Shown: positions 23,794 to 37,603 of the stretch, in pieces | Layout: each line of letters begins with the position of its first letter | Position numbering within the stretch: position 1 is the stretch's first letter | Origin: Gonapodya sp. JEL0774 | Lineage: Eukaryota | NCBI GenBank assembly: GCA_027604505.1 | Contig: JADIIX010000109.1 | Coordinates: 1 to 64,000, forward strand | DNA length: 64,000 nt | Reading direction: 5' to 3' | The notes under the pieces: model-generated | Seen by the model: only the letters and a program-made list of their open reading frames with translations | Told to the model about the DNA's origin: nothing | Database searches by the model: none | Position numbers and translations under genes: made by a program

Positions 23794-25615
23794 ATGACCC
23801 GCAAGCGTCCCCGCCCAGAATCTCCTCCACCCGTGCAGTCGGGCTTTGTTTCGTGGTCTCTCCAACCGCCGGCCCCACCTGTCGATCTGTACTCGCATCA
23901 TTCGCCACCGAAAGCCGTTTTCCGATATCCCACGCCTATAGCCGGTTCGGATGAAATGGACGTGGACGACATGGACGTTGCGAATGAGGGGGAGGTGGGA
24001 AGCCCTGTTTCGGGTATGGCGGGAGTTGCGAGCGCTCGGGGGACCGAGGGCAAGGCCAACGCTGAACTGGGCGAGCAAACGGGTGGAGCGGTCATTTCTT
24101 CGTCTGTGTCAATGCCGCACAAAAGGATACGAATCGATGTGGGAGATGGGTTTGACCGGTCAAGTGGAGCGTGGAGGACTGAGGGGGACCTCGGGAACAA
24201 CCGCAGAGACGAGAATGGATGGTACAGAGGCTCAAGCTCTATTAGTGGTCTTAGTGAAGGGTGAGTTTGGTGCTGCTTGTGTAACCGGCCGTCGCAGATA
24301 TGTATCGAGGATTTGACTTTGAGATACTCTGCACAAAATGAGCTCTGCATTTCTGCATTGATGTAACATGCAGGAGCTGTATGAGAACACTTTTTGATGG
24401 TAAATCGATGGGCTGATGTTCTTGCCAAGCCTTGGGATTTGTTTTGGTTCTTGTTAGCTGCGGATGGCGGAAGTGGAATAAAGAAGTGGAGAAACTAATA
24501 TCTGTCTTGCTCGTGCGAGATTTGCATATTACCTGCGCTGGTTCTGAACTGGCTGCTCACCTCTATATTTGATTATGTGTTGCTACTTCTCGCGATTTGT
24601 TTGGAGAGCAACACCAACCAGAATTTCCCACCGCAAATTCACCTGATCTTTGCTTAGGTTCTTGCCACCGAACTGGAGTCATTCCATTCGAGAGGATCGT
24701 TCTCTGCCCCCGATATCCCCAAGTGACCCACCTGTTTCCCGCAATACTCAAACCGACCACCGCCACCCTTCTCCATTCCTCCCCCCCAAACACACCTCAC
24801 ACCTGCAGAGTGCCTCCGACTCAGTGCAACTCCCTCTTTCTGTCTCACTACCACCCACTCCAGTTTCTCCCGACCGCCTCCGCTCCGTCCCCACCAACAC
24901 TCCCCACCGTCACGGTCCCAGCTCCTTCAAAATATCACTTCGCACTTCACCTGCTTCTTCGTCAAATCTACCAATCTGGAGTCCATATGGACCACCACCT
25001 GTCGCAACCGTTGCAACTCCGTCTATTTCACCCACACTGGGTTCTACGTTGGTTCCCTGGCATCACCGGCATGCTTCGGCATCAGCTGGCGCGTCCGTGT
25101 ACAGCTCCACGTCCCCTCGTTTCCAGCCACCAGTACCACCACCCTCCTCTTTAACGGATCCCGAAGAATCCTCAAACCACAGCCCTTACGAGCGAATCAA
25201 TACAGTCTTGGGCACAGCCAACGCTGAGCGCGCACGCCGGGAACGAGAGGGCTCTCTCAGCGGTGGTGCTGGAACTGTTGATGGGCGAGCCCGACGGAAC
25301 GGTATTAGGCATGCTGCCGGGGTACGTGAGCTACCCGCGTTCGGTCCAGAGCGAGAGCAGGAGAATTCACGGACAGAGGGCGACCTGCCAAACAACGACT
25401 CGGAACAACACGAACGTGGGAGCAGGAGCGCGCCCGTAATCTATCCGAGGTGGGCAGCACCTGAGGTGGGGAAGCCGGTCATGGCTGGTCTGGTGTCAAT
25501 TGTTGGAGGCGTGGCTGGGCACGGGAGGGGAGCGGGAAGGTGTCTTGGTAAAGGTTGGAGTGGCGGTAGAAGTGGGGGCTCAAGCAGTGGGATGTCAGGC
25601 GTGGAGAATGACTGA
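23794..25615 (+). CDS. Hypothetical Pro/Ser-rich disordered protein (probably two coding exons: 23794-~24260 and ~24660-25615)
   Basis: ORF starts MTRKRPRPESPPP (NLS-like) and ends at a GTGAGT donor near 24261. The 321-aa ORF downstream begins near a TAG acceptor at ~24657. No recognised domain. Confidence 0.45.
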
Positions 25616-26520
25616 GATACAGCCATGTTCAGTGCTTGTCGGAAAATTGGAACATTTGCCTTCAAGGAATGAAGTGGAGGGGTTTGAATTTGAAGCAATT
25701 CTGGGGTCGTCACAATGTACACCAAACACGGCACATTGCATGAAGTCATGTGGATGGATGTACTGCATCGTCGTGAGCTGGGTGGTCCCGCCGCAACGAA
25801 GAACGTGGGATCTTGCACTCATTGCATTGCATAATTTCAGATACCGATGTATTTTCATTTTGTGCCTTATAATCTGGGACAAGAAGACAATTGCATTTGA
25901 CCGTCTGGTTCCATCATCAAGAATCTTTACATCGATTGTCGGCAAACAGTCCAGTCGTGGACTCAGTACTCTGTGGAAATAAAAAAAAATCGTGAGGAGG
26001 AAGCTCGGATAAAGACAGGCCAAGTTCGAGTTCCGGAGCGTTCAAGAGTGGTGGAGAAGACGATCTGTTGCCGCGATATTCTGATTTTATCTGAACATAT
26101 CACCCAAGTCGCTGTGTCTCTCCCAGCAATCCACGGCATCGTCTACTCGTCACCTCAATTCATTCGTTTTGATATCTTTGCCATCCCCCACGCCATACGC
26201 CTCAACACAGACCTCCACATATCGCTCGTTTATGGGTTCGACAAGCGGGACGAGTCTCTGTGCGGAAAGCTGGAGGATCTGGCGAAGAGTAAGGTGGATC
26301 CGAAGACGGAATGTACGTGGGAGGTAGCGTTGGATTGAAGAAGGATCAGAAGGGAAAGCGTGGAGAGTGGATTAAACATGCTGCGTGGTGCTTGGACAAC
26401 AGAAAGCCAATTGCGCGAGGCTGCCAGATTCTTAATGACATTCGCCATTCTTGAGATTGCGTTATCCGACCGTGTTGTGTTCGCGTTGCAGCTCGGCACT
26501 TGACTCCGCTCTGGTCACTT

Positions 26521-26564
26521 CGCAACTTCGGTACTCCACAATCGCAACTTCGGAACTCCACAAT
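26521..26564 (+). repeat. 22-bp tandem duplication CGCAACTTCGGWACTCCACAAT x2
   Basis: Directly visible; one mismatch between the copies. Confidence 0.85.
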
Positions 26565-28307
26565 TGAACTTGTAGCAAGGGTTCCAATGTCCTGGCTCGG
26601 TTCCAATGTCTGCGATGTGGAGTGGACGGAAATGTCAAACACAGTACAATCATTGCACAATTTTTACTCGTCCAGTCCAAATGCAATTTGGAAGGTATTC
26701 TCAGCATAACCCAAAACTGGGTATTGTGACATCAACACAATTTAGTTGAGGCTTTCATTACATTTCTTCCTCGACATGAGAACCGTTTCCCAGCTGAGAG
26801 GCCACGTCATGCCTTTACCTTCGCAAATGAGGCACAAGTGGCAAAAGCCTCGCACAACTCCTTGAAAAGCCCAACTTTTCCTTGTCTTCCCAGACAGTGG
26901 GCACACAGGGAGGGGGGTTGTGTGTGGTGCTCCCGCATCTGGTCAAGACAGGAGGAGAGAGGAGAGGCCTGACTGGATAAGGTGAGTATGATTGCTCCCT
27001 CTCAGGTCCCCATTGTCTTCCTCACTTCCCGGGTCCTCTGACTATTTTCCTCTCCTCACCCTTCTCACACATACACTACAAGCACAGTCTCATCTCCTCT
27101 GGGTCATTTGTGATCTCCTGTCTTGGCCATTCTTCTCCTACTCCATGTCATGGTGAGCACTCCCAGCATAGTGCTCTTCTTTCCCATTTGCAGACTCACT
27201 AACTAGTGTACTCTTACCATCTACTCCGTACGTTTATCACCTTTGAATACTCTCTTCTTTGGTACAAAACTGCACTCAAGCTTCTGTCCAATGTTGGAAG
27301 TAGGATTTGGATGCACAGACCTGGGTGAAATGGATGAGAAGAACACTGTTGGTCCACTCAGTGAAGGGCGAGTGATTAAATTTGCTCTGTAGTGTTTGTG
27401 ATTTGACCATGTGAAATCTTCAATCCATGAATTTCTTATATATTTCTCAATCTAACAGTACCAGGCTGCCCCTCCAGAGCTGTAAATGATCATTATATTT
27501 GCTGCTTTTGATACTTCTGTGAGTATGTTTCATGCAGTGTCTTCTGGAATACTTATTATTAATGTGATGGAACTTCCCTCACTAGGTCCATGGCTCACTT
27601 GCAGCAAAGGAAGAAAGTTGGATTGATGTCCTGCTATCAATTATCTGTGACATCTCTAGCAAGTATTACTCTGCTTCTTGGTGCTTAAAGGGGTTTCAGG
27701 AGGGAGTGGGAAGTTTTGGAGGGGGTGAAGGAGGTAGTGAAGAAAAAGGAGTGAAGGGGGGGAAATGGTTTGAAAATTCAAAAAAAAAAAACAATCAAGT
27801 ACCAGTGGTGCGCAGTTTTCTGTCAAGGGAAGTGTGCATATCCTCCGTTGGTCCTAGTAGTCATACAGTGTTTGTACATCTAAAAACTGAACTGTTTACT
27901 TGTAAAGTTATCAAATTTGGGTGCTTCCACCTTGTTAGTGAGCCAGAGGGAGGGTTATTGGAGGTGAAGTGATGTTCATCTCCACTTGCCAACATTTTCT
28001 CTCCAATCATATACCTCATCACAAATAGCACTTACGAAATTTATTCAATTTGAAGCAGATCCGGAGAGTACTCACGAAACTGAAGCTGTGGAGTTTCCGG
28101 ACAGTCACCTTTATCGTGTGCCAGATTCTAAAGTGAATTTGACCTTCCTAACACAGCTGAAGTAATACCTTTGTCTCTCGGAATTGCTCAGTGGTGGGAT
28201 GTGGATTCGATTAAAGTGGATTGTGCACCCTTGTGGACCGCAGTCTCACATGCACCCTGAGTCTTCTGTCGATCTCACATCCATCCATCCGAAAGCAGAC
28301 ACTCGCA

Positions 28308-29396
28308 ATGGTGAGGAGGCGTGTGAACAGGACTAAGGGTGGAAACGAACAACCGGAAAACTCGGCGATGGCGGTAGTCGGCTGGAGAAGGAGAACGAAA
28401 GGAGCGCAAATTCGAAAGGCAAAATGGACACCCCGATAATTCGATTATGGAAAATCGGAATGGCTGGACGGAAAACGCAGGACGAAAGATGAATGGCAGA
28501 GAATCGCAAAGATTGGGTGGAGTGTTGCTTTTCTTGGTTGAAGTGGATTCCCGTGGGCTCTGGGATTCACTGGGTTTTCACGACACTTTCGGTTCCCAAA
28601 CCTTGCTGAAATGCTACTTAGGCCGACGACAAGTCTGAAAACCCAATGCGCGCTCTCCGCCTTGAGAAGCTCTGCATCAACATCTGCGTCGGCGAGTCTG
28701 GCGACAGGCTCACTCGTGCCGCCAAAGTGCTCGAACAGCTCACCGCTGGTCAGACGCCCGTTCAGTCCAAAGCCCGCTACACCGTCCGCACTTTCGGAAT
28801 CCGCAGGAATGAAAAGATTGCCTGCCACGTCACGGTCAGGGGCGAGAAGGCCATGCAGATTTTGGAGCAGGGCCTCAAGGTCCGAGAGTTTGAGCTCAAG
28901 AAGAGCAACTTCTCCGCCACCGGCAACTTTGGCTTCGGTATCCAGGAGCACATTGACTTGGGTATCAAGTACGACCCCTCAATTGGTGAGTTTTTGCAAA
29001 CCAACTGGATGCTAATAGGAACATGGTCGTGTTATACCTCGAAGCTCCCAAAACGGGAGCTTTTATCTCACTTTTTCTGTAACCCTTTCATAGGTATCTA
29101 CGGCATGGACTTCTACGTTGTGATGGGCCGACCCGGCTTCCGCGTCGCCCGCCGACGGCGTGCGGTGAACCGTGTTGGAGCTCCCCACAGGGTGCACAAG
29201 GAGGAGACAATTGAGTGGTTCAAGAAGAAGGTACGTCACAGAGGAGGACATGGGTTGGACGAAGGCGCATTTGAGACGCGACTTACGCACCCTTGACACA
29301 ATGCTATTGACTCTTGTGGCTGGTTGACCTCCCCCCTCCCCCTCACTCCTCTTCGCCATAATTTCCCAGTTCGACGGCATCGTCCTCAACAAATAA
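28308..29396 (+). CDS. RPL11: 60S ribosomal protein L11 (uL5); exons 28308-28310, 28622-28985, 29094-29230, 29370-29396
   Basis: [41 protein letters not shown]...[44 protein letters not shown]...[13 protein letters not shown], with canonical GT-AG introns. Confidence 0.96.
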
Positions 29397-29773
29397 TTGC
29401 CCTCTGTTTGTTCGTGTCGCGCTGTGGGACTGTGAGGTTGTTTTTTGTTAGTGGCTTCCCATCGTGGATACCTCTGGCGTAGGGACGTGCGTCGACTGCG
29501 TGGGGCGGGCTTGTCGCAGTTCGCGAATAGGCGTGTTGTGGTATTTCAATTGGGTGTGAAATATAGCACACGTGTGCACTTATTTTTTTCGATCAGTTTG
29601 GGGTTCGTTTGCGCAGACTAACCCCAATCACCCTCCTGCTCACGATCATTCAATTCGAGAGTTTGTCAACCATTGCTCACATGTTCTTACAAAATCTTCA
29701 AGTCAATTCTCGATGACTACAAGTCCTAACGTCCGCTCACATTCTGCATTGTCTGGGTTTCAACGAATAACAT

Positions 29774-31635
29774 TTACAGTTCTTGCACCAACAGTCTCCC
29801 AGATTCTCCACCCTCCTTCAATGCCTTTCGGCGTTGTGCTATCCTTGCCTCCATTTCTCTTTTCTGCTTGGCAAACTCCTCCACTTCATTTGCGAGTTTA
29901 TCTTTCTGCATCTCGACACCCTTTCGCAACACCTCGAGCGGATTAGGAACACCCGCTCCTTCCACATTCCTCCCGCTTCCAAAGACACCTTCCCATTCTT
30001 CCCGCATTCCCTCAACGTAGCATGCGTACCAAAGCACCTTCTTCTCAGCCACAAATGCTCGTCGCTTAAACGGCCGCAGAGCCCGGGATCGGGCGGATCC
30101 CATTGCTACTCCCCCTCCGCTCGCTACACCTGGAACGGGACTACCGCCCGGACTTGGCGACCTACCACCCTCATCCTGTGCGAGGGCGCTCGCTGCACCC
30201 ATGAGTTCGTGGAGGTCCGACAGAGCCGACAGGGTATCATCGTAAGAGGAGAGAAGATAAAGTACATCACGAAGGAGAAGGAGCCAATAATCCTCAGCTG
30301 GAGGAGGCTGGAAGCGATGGCGCGTGAGCGCAAGAGACTCTTGCAGCGATGTAGCAGAAGGTGCACCGGTTGGTGGATGTACAGATTGTCCTGAGCTTCC
30401 ATCTGCTGGGAAGTCCAACCCTTTGCGTAGAGCTTGTGATCGAGGAGACTCGACAAGCACCGCACTCGCGTCGAGAACAATCCCGACAGATTCCCATACG
30501 TCTTCGTAAAGATCTCCATTTAGAGCTCGCATGCAGTGGGAGTATGAAATGAGCAAGTCAGGTAGATTAAATATGGCCGAAGGAGACGGCGGTTTTGCAG
30601 ATAGGTTTGAAAGTGGCACAATCGAGCGAGAAACTGTGGGGCGAGGTGCTACGGCGGGATTGAAGTATGGAGTTGCCAACTCATCGTGTGCCGCTTCCGG
30701 GTGCTCGTCACCCCTACCATCCCGAGGATCGCCGAGAATTTCAACCACCGGTTTTGGTCGTCCCGTTCTGCGAGGTTGTTCCCCTGATACAGGTTCCCAC
30801 CAAGGTTTCCACAAGTCGAGGAAAAACTCTTGCAACGCAGGCTGAACAAGATGTGGCGTCTGCGTAATTGTACGAATGAATTCGTCGCGCTCGGTATCAG
30901 TGAGGCGATCCCAAAGCACCGACGGATGGGCATTATCTAAAACGTCCAAAAATCCAGACGTTGGCAGGATTCTTCCACGCACATGGAGATATGGAGACAT
31001 ACCCAAATCGAAACCGGCAAACTTCTCGGCCAAATTCGATACTTGATCCACCTCACGTAGCCTTCCCCGACCGCTTTTGTCGATAAAATGTTGCCCTATC
31101 CCCTCCACAACATCATTGCAGCTCTCTTCCTCGTCGGAACCGTTGTCCATTTCGTCCGCGCGTCTTTGTTCTTCAACTCTCATCAGCAAGTCAATCATGC
31201 GTCTTTTCTCAGCGTCCTCTGCTTTTTCTCCCTTAAGTGCCTGGACGAAGTTATCCCTATGGAAAGAGTTTGAACAATTCGCATGTTTTTCGGACTTGTA
31301 GCATGGTAAAGAGCAGTACTTGAGGTTGCAGCGGGGACAAGTATAGCGAGAAAACTGGGTAATGCAGCTGCGAAAGTGGTGCCGTGGTTGCGGAGCTCCC
31401 TTTCTTCGCTCAGAACCGCAACAATCACTCACATACCGCAAGTTTCGTTAATCAGACCAAATCCCAGTCGGCTCTCGCCCCGGGAGATGAGGATATCAGA
31501 TATGGTAGTACTAGAAGGTGATGCACCGTGGGAGCTGGTCATCATGAAAGAGATCAGAGAGATGAGCTTCGATTGTGTTCTGTCTGGTTGCCATTGTGAA
31601 TCAGGACCTTCATCATTATTGTATTCTATTCCCAT
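29774..31635 (-). CDS. Zinc finger HIT domain protein (ZNHIT2-like); 5' exon boundaries uncertain
   Basis: ETCG(I)...CITQFSRYTCPRCNLKYCSLPCYKSEKHANCSNSFHRDNF is a zf-HIT. It is followed by EKRRMIDLLMR, LWDRLTDTERDEF and LWKPWW, typical of the ZNHIT2 family. Confidence 0.78.
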
Positions 31636-32107
31636 ATTCCATCAGTTCCCTGGCTAGAATCGACGAAAAGAACGGGAGAAGCAACGTTTGAAATTAGCAA
31701 AGCTCAAATCGACATAATTGTTTGCGAATTCACTCACCATCACGTCACTCCTTCTCAAATGCGAAGTCTGCAACCCCTCGTTGTATCTCTCATTAGATTC
31801 GTTAGTATCTTGTGCACTCTCCCTCAAAACTTCGGTGAGTGGCTCCGTTCTTTCAACTCCATCTCTCTTTGAGAGCGCCCACCGCCTTCGACACTGGCAC
31901 TACCACCTCAACGTAAGTTGCTTGTATATTATAAATGACAAGCTAAGGGCTTCTCGTGGTATTTCTTTCCTGAATCTTCCCATACCCCTACCCTGAGATC
32001 CCTCCACTGCCCCTGACACTACTCCCACCACCCACAACAGCCCACAACCATCCCGCTATCTGGAGGTTGTCGAGCTTTGTTCATGAGATATACCAGTTCT
32101 ATAAGTT

Positions 32108-35100
32108 CTATAATGGAAAGTAGTCCTCTTCAAGCACCCAGTAGCCCTTCGCAGCAGAGTCCAAAATCCATTCCTGAGTCACAATTCGAAATGTTACTGG
32201 TAACCGGCTAAATGTCGATTACAATCAAGTATTCGGACGAGTATAATTGCCGGAACAAGTTGCAACACTCACTTTAACATCACTTCCTTGATTTTTGCCA
32301 GTCCAGATAAATTTTTCGAATCCACAATTACGTGAGTGACATTATAGTACAGTTTCTCAACTGGCTGTCCACTGAAAAAGCGCAGGATGGACACGGTATC
32401 ATGCAGCCTCAAGTGCACAAAGAGCAAGTCAAATATTATAATTTCAATACCTGAGCAAAACTTAGAGCAAACATGCAAAAGAGAGCGTACCTTGACTCCC
32501 TGGCTTGTTCCTGCATGCGATCCCTCTCGTTCTCTGTCAGGTTAGGATGACCAGACACGTTCACCAACGGATCTGCATCCAGCGCGCCAGGAAAGTTGAA
32601 CCATGCCACAACACTGACGAATAAGGAAAGTGGGAGCCTGGGCACAAACAAGTCAGAGGAGAACCTGGTCATATAGAACACATACTTCAATACACTCACG
32701 GCTGCTCTGGGAAGTACCTCTCGTTAATTTCCTTAATGAGCCGCTTGATCTTCCTAGGACGATAAACTAAGCGACCGTCATCAATCAATTCCCGACCCTC
32801 GGCATCATCAAGCTCGCGCCAAACTTTCAACTGCTCCGATACGTCGACAGAATTAATGTACTAAAGTGAACGTGTGATTGCAAAGTCGTAACGTAGAAAA
32901 CAACGAGAGCGAACCTCGAACAGGTCCTGCCCCGTCATATCTCTGGTATATGGATCACCATACTTGTCATGTGTTTCGAGTAGGTTCTTGCGAGTGCCAT
33001 CAGTCATGAAAATATACTGTCTGCGGGTCCAATTGCGTACTATTAGCGAGGTGGGAGGAATGAGAAGCATCTACCTTTGAAATATCTACGGACTTCCACT
33101 TCGGGGAGGAAAACTCTTTGGACATGAATATCTCGAAGAGCCAGTCAGAATTGATGATATCACTCGAGCCAACTTTGATCTGATTAGCGACTTTTGCAGC
33201 TTTAATGTTGAATGGACTCCGTGAATTTATTCTGGAAACATCCAAGTAGGTCCATCTGACTCACTTTTTCCATCGTCAGTTATGACAAAGCACGTGGAGA
33301 TTCCTGGATTCTGCACGACCTTAGCTCCCAGCGCATGCGCCATTCTCTCTAAATCTTGTTTTTTGGCATCATCTCCACTGCGTAGCACACACAGTTCCTT
33401 TCCCTTTAACGGTTCCTCTTGGATTACTTGGACTCCCGTCATGTCAGCTCTCTGAAACCCGTCCCCCACTTTAATGGCACCTTGAGCTTTACGAGAACGT
33501 AGGATCATCCCGTCTTGGCGCTTCCTCTTCTGTCCGCGCCCTTCATTGTGTTCGCCACCTCGATATCCACTCATCGCAAGCATGCCATGATACTCTTCTC
33601 GGTACTTTCGGACAGTATCCATGTCCCAGATTTCGGAGATCCCTGGACGTTTTGTATAAAGAAGGTCGTAGAAAGCTGTACCATGCACTGCTTGGCAACC
33701 AACTCACTTTTGTCAGTTCTAACTGAGCTCGACAGATCGAAATCATGCGATTTTACAATGAAAACAAAGATTTACCAGCAGACGAACTCACTCTTGATTA
33801 TGCGCGGAAATCGCAAAGTAAAGCCGGCGGAATAATCCTCTGTGGGAGTGATTTCTGCCGCCTTCAGCTCGAGGACAATAACATTGTCTAGTCCGTTCGA
33901 GAAGGGATCAATGATCATTTCCGGCTTCTCCTTTCCAATAAGAAGCCAAGACGGCAGTCTTTTCGGATCAAACACTCTCCACGGAAATCGTTGGGTGAGA
34001 GTATCCAGCTCCTTGTAAGAAGCTCCGGATCCAACCCTAGCAAAAGTGAGGAGCCTGGGCCTTTGAAGATCTGCGACTTCACCCGGCTGAACTGATTGGC
34101 GTATCGCCACCAGAAAGTGCGATATCTTGTTGGCTCTACTGCCAGTCCCGAAGTAGCCCCCCACCACCACCACATCCGGGTGCTCCGCGACGCCTTCCAC
34201 ATACTCGGCCTTAATCTTAGTCCAGTCTGCGCTCCGGGCAGCAGGAACATAGTGGCTACCCGGGTTCTTCACAATGATTCCTTCTTGTCCCACTTCTATC
34301 GCAGTGTGGAATGCTTTGATGGCTTCTTTTGCTGTGCTCACACGCACTTGGTCGATGATGGCAATACGTCCGGGAATTGATTCAACCAGTGATTGGAGTA
34401 CCTCGTAGCGCCGATACAGGGGTTTGTCCACTAGTGATACATCGTCCATTTGTAAGATGTCGAATGCCACGAAAAACGGATGCGCCTCGAGGTCGTTTTG
34501 GGGGTTAAAGTTTTTCCGGCCAACAGTTTTGAGATGACCAAATGGCGATAGTGCATCGATCGTCGGATCGTACACCACCAGCTCTCCATCGAGGATACAC
34601 CTTTTCACAGCAGGGTTGATCGCCCTGTGAATGAATGGAGTCAAAGAACCTCGACTAGTATCCGCCCCATACAGCCTTGTGTAATCCGTTCCCTTTCTAG
34701 TAGAAGGCTGGGTTTTCAACCTGTGGAAAAGTGCCAAAAATTCGAAAATGACGCTCACCGGGAGAAGTACTTCCATTTTCCATTATCCACATGTATTTGC
34801 ATTCTTTCACCGTCAAGCTTAGTCTCAATCCAACACTCGTTGCATCGCACCTGGCTCATCCACTCATCGAGGTGTGTGAGAGTCGAATAGGTGCCAATCT
34901 TGCTGAGTTGTGGTTTAAAAGGTACTCCCACAACAATGTTAGTATTCTGGAGCCGGATCGAAGGGTCATAAAGCTCTTCGCACAAAGTTTTTAGGTTGGT
35001 ATTGACGGTAAAGCGTTCGCGGGCGTCAGGATGGAAAGCATCTAATACTGTGTGTTCTGAAACTCCAAGTTTCATCTCTGGAACCCCCAGAGTCAGATAA

Positions 35101-36122
35101 GAGGAAGAGGGGTATGTGGTGATTTGGCTGCCACCACCATGTCTACTCACGTTTGAGAATAATTTTTGCCAACCAAAGGTGTTCAACAGGGGTCAATGTC
35201 TCAACCCACTTGCGAATTATCGGTCGCTGCTCAGCTCTATAGATAAATCAAGAAATGTTGAGATGACCCACACGCATATAAGACCTTGAAACATACTTGT
35301 CGTGATCTCTGGCGAAGTGGTCAAGCATTTCATTGATCTTGCGGTAACCCTCAATAAATAGATTATAGAATGGAACGAGTGCGAAAACGCTCACTTCTTT
35401 AATGCTAACTTTTGATTGCAAGACAGTCGACCGTGTCCGAACTACATCGTAGAGAACTCCGGGAAAATCTCCTGTCGCTTTCTAGTCCATATTAAAAGAT
35501 GAATTGAACGATGATTCCAGAAAATATACGTGCTGGAGTACGAGTGAATCTCACAGAAGCTTTGCCAGGCAAATTAAACTTGAGCAGCGCGTGTCCATCC
35601 TCGGAATCCTTCGGTATACCCAGCACCTCCAAGTAGCTTCGACCAAGCATTACTTCCTTCATGTTGTAACTTCGCTCCTTGTCTACCTGGACACAAGAAG
35701 TATGACGACCATTCAAGGATTCCTCAAACTCGCGCTGACCACTCACGTTAGGTATCAATAAACGCAATGCGGGATACATCGTACCCTTAGTCTCGCTTTG
35801 CCATCTCTAATTCATCCGTGATAGCAACGATTCACAACAACTTGAAAATATGGCGCCGTGATTGGACTCCCGCAACTCACTGTCACGAACGCTTCGATTC
35901 TCTTAAATTTGGCGTCATGCTTGGGGGCCTCGCTGACTTTTTCGAGAAGAGTACAGAACTGCCTGAAGGTTACCTGGCGAGTGAAGATGTAGTTTTAGTG
36001 AGAGTCGCTCGTCACGACAGGCACCAAGAATCTCTCACAAGGTGCGAGTTATCGATTCTCGAAAGAGGGTTGATGGGAATCTCGATCGCCTGTCCGTCGG
36101 GGTCGCGGTCATGCCAAGGCAT
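32108..36122 (-). CDS. LIG4: DNA ligase IV (NHEJ ligase) with two BRCT domains, multi-exon
   Basis: YPALRLLIP, motif I WIETKLDGERMQIH, CILDGELVVYD, FFVAFDIL, EGIIVKNPGSHYVPAARSADWTKIKAEY, VVVGGYFGTG, FARVGSG, TLRFPRI. BRCT segments: GAKVVQNP, DKYGDPYTRD, VTHVIVD, IVTQEWILDS. Confidence 0.93.
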
Positions 36123-36167
36123 CAGTGTCCATGGTGAGTACGATCCCGAGCGAGACTTTCACGCGGT

Positions 36168-36460
36168 GTGAATTTCACGGAAATTATTTCATATGAATCA
36201 TGGGAAAAATAATCATATGAGTTCACATGAATTCATATCACCTGTTCTTCGCGACTGGCTTACGTGAACTCATATGAATTCACATAACATCACATGCGTT
36301 CATCCACTGCACTTCACAATCTCATTGTATTACAGAAAAGCTCATGTGAACTCATATGAGTTCGCGCGGGACTTTGTGTGTTTCATCCATCATTGATAAA
36401 GCATTCGCGTGAACTCAAGTGACACGACATGATTTCATGTCATATGAATTCATAAGAGCT
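36168..36460. repeat. Array of ~10-bp TGAAYTCAYA-type units forming palindromes centred on TCATATGA, directly upstream of LIG4
   Basis: TCATATGA at 36189, 36213, 36270, 36352 and 36440. Perfect 16-bp palindrome GAACTCATATGAGTTC at 36348-36363; near-perfect GTGAACTCATATGAATTCAC at 36264-36283. Confidence 0.8.
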
Positions 36461-37603
36461 CAGATGGCTTGATACTAGTATTTGTCGTGGGTAAAAATGG
36501 AATCGATCGAATTTGGAGGTTCGTGGGTTCGAACCCAGACCGAACAGTGCGAGGTCCTGGTCACGTGGGACCAGAGGTTTTGACATCCCGAAAAATCTCA
36601 TTTTCATATCTGAGTTTACATTTAGCTCCGCGTTTAAATCGGAGTAGTGAGAGCGCAACATTTTAGTTGCAGACGCTAAGAGTCATGTGGTCTTAGGACA
36701 CTGAGAGACAGTGAGAGACAGTGATGTCATATAAATGACTAGGCTTTGTACTGGGGGACATCGAATACCATACGAAAAAAGTGACGAAAAGGACAAAGGA
36801 AAGAAGTATAAACGTCTACACCATATCTCTTTCACTCAGGAAATGTCCTGAGGGAGTCGCCACAAGCTACCCGTGCTTGTTGAAAGATCATGTGTTCTCT
36901 AATATATTTTTGTATGAGGGGCTCACATAGCAGTCTGACAGAATACACATAGAATCGGGTTGATTCTTGCCCCGCAGCGCATTGCCCGACAGAGTCTGCC
37001 AGAGTGACGTGGGAGACTTTTATTGGGTAATTCTGCATGTTATGGCTGGTAGAAAATAAGCAAATCTGATCTCAGACTTAAACTATAAAGTGGACCTCGA
37101 ATGTTCCACATTTCCGGTGCTCTGAGTGGTATTTCTAACCAAGCCGCATGGTCCACCCCGCCTGATCTCCCCACAACCAAACCTGTTGGAACTGCCACTC
37201 AACCTTGCGTACATCTTTTGCAATTGCACATGTCTTGATTGTGTTAACGCCAGCCTTCTATGTGACTTTCCCAAGCCATCTTTTACTGGTATCTGGAACT
37301 GTACCGTCGGCCTAACCTATTGAAACATCATCTCAACGCACAATTTGTTCTGTTCACGTGTAAGTGGCCCAAATACATCTAAAAATTTTAGTTCAATGGT
37401 GAGTATAGATCACATTTGCCACCTGCAGCTTCACTGTTTCTGCAGGCAGTTTCTCTCTCCTGAGGGCCTGCAGCTAGTGGAATCTGGCTGCACACATACC
37501 AGCCCGCATGGCTGTGGTCAACCCCACATGTCACAGTAACACAACAGCCCTGGCACAATAGGAATTAAGGACTTCTGGAGAAATGATAAACTTGCTGGCT
37601 TCA

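Noticed and set aside
28311..28621. snoRNA in the long first RPL11 intron
   Set aside because: No convincing box C / box D pair and no recognisable rRNA guide.
29783..30394. 203-aa plus-strand ORF and other short overlapping ORFs in the genic half
   Set aside because: Antisense to well-supported genes, with no independent coding signal.
36168..36460. CRISPR-like array
   Set aside because: Repeat units are short and variable, spacing is irregular, there are no cas genes, and the context is eukaryotic. Kept only as a palindrome array.
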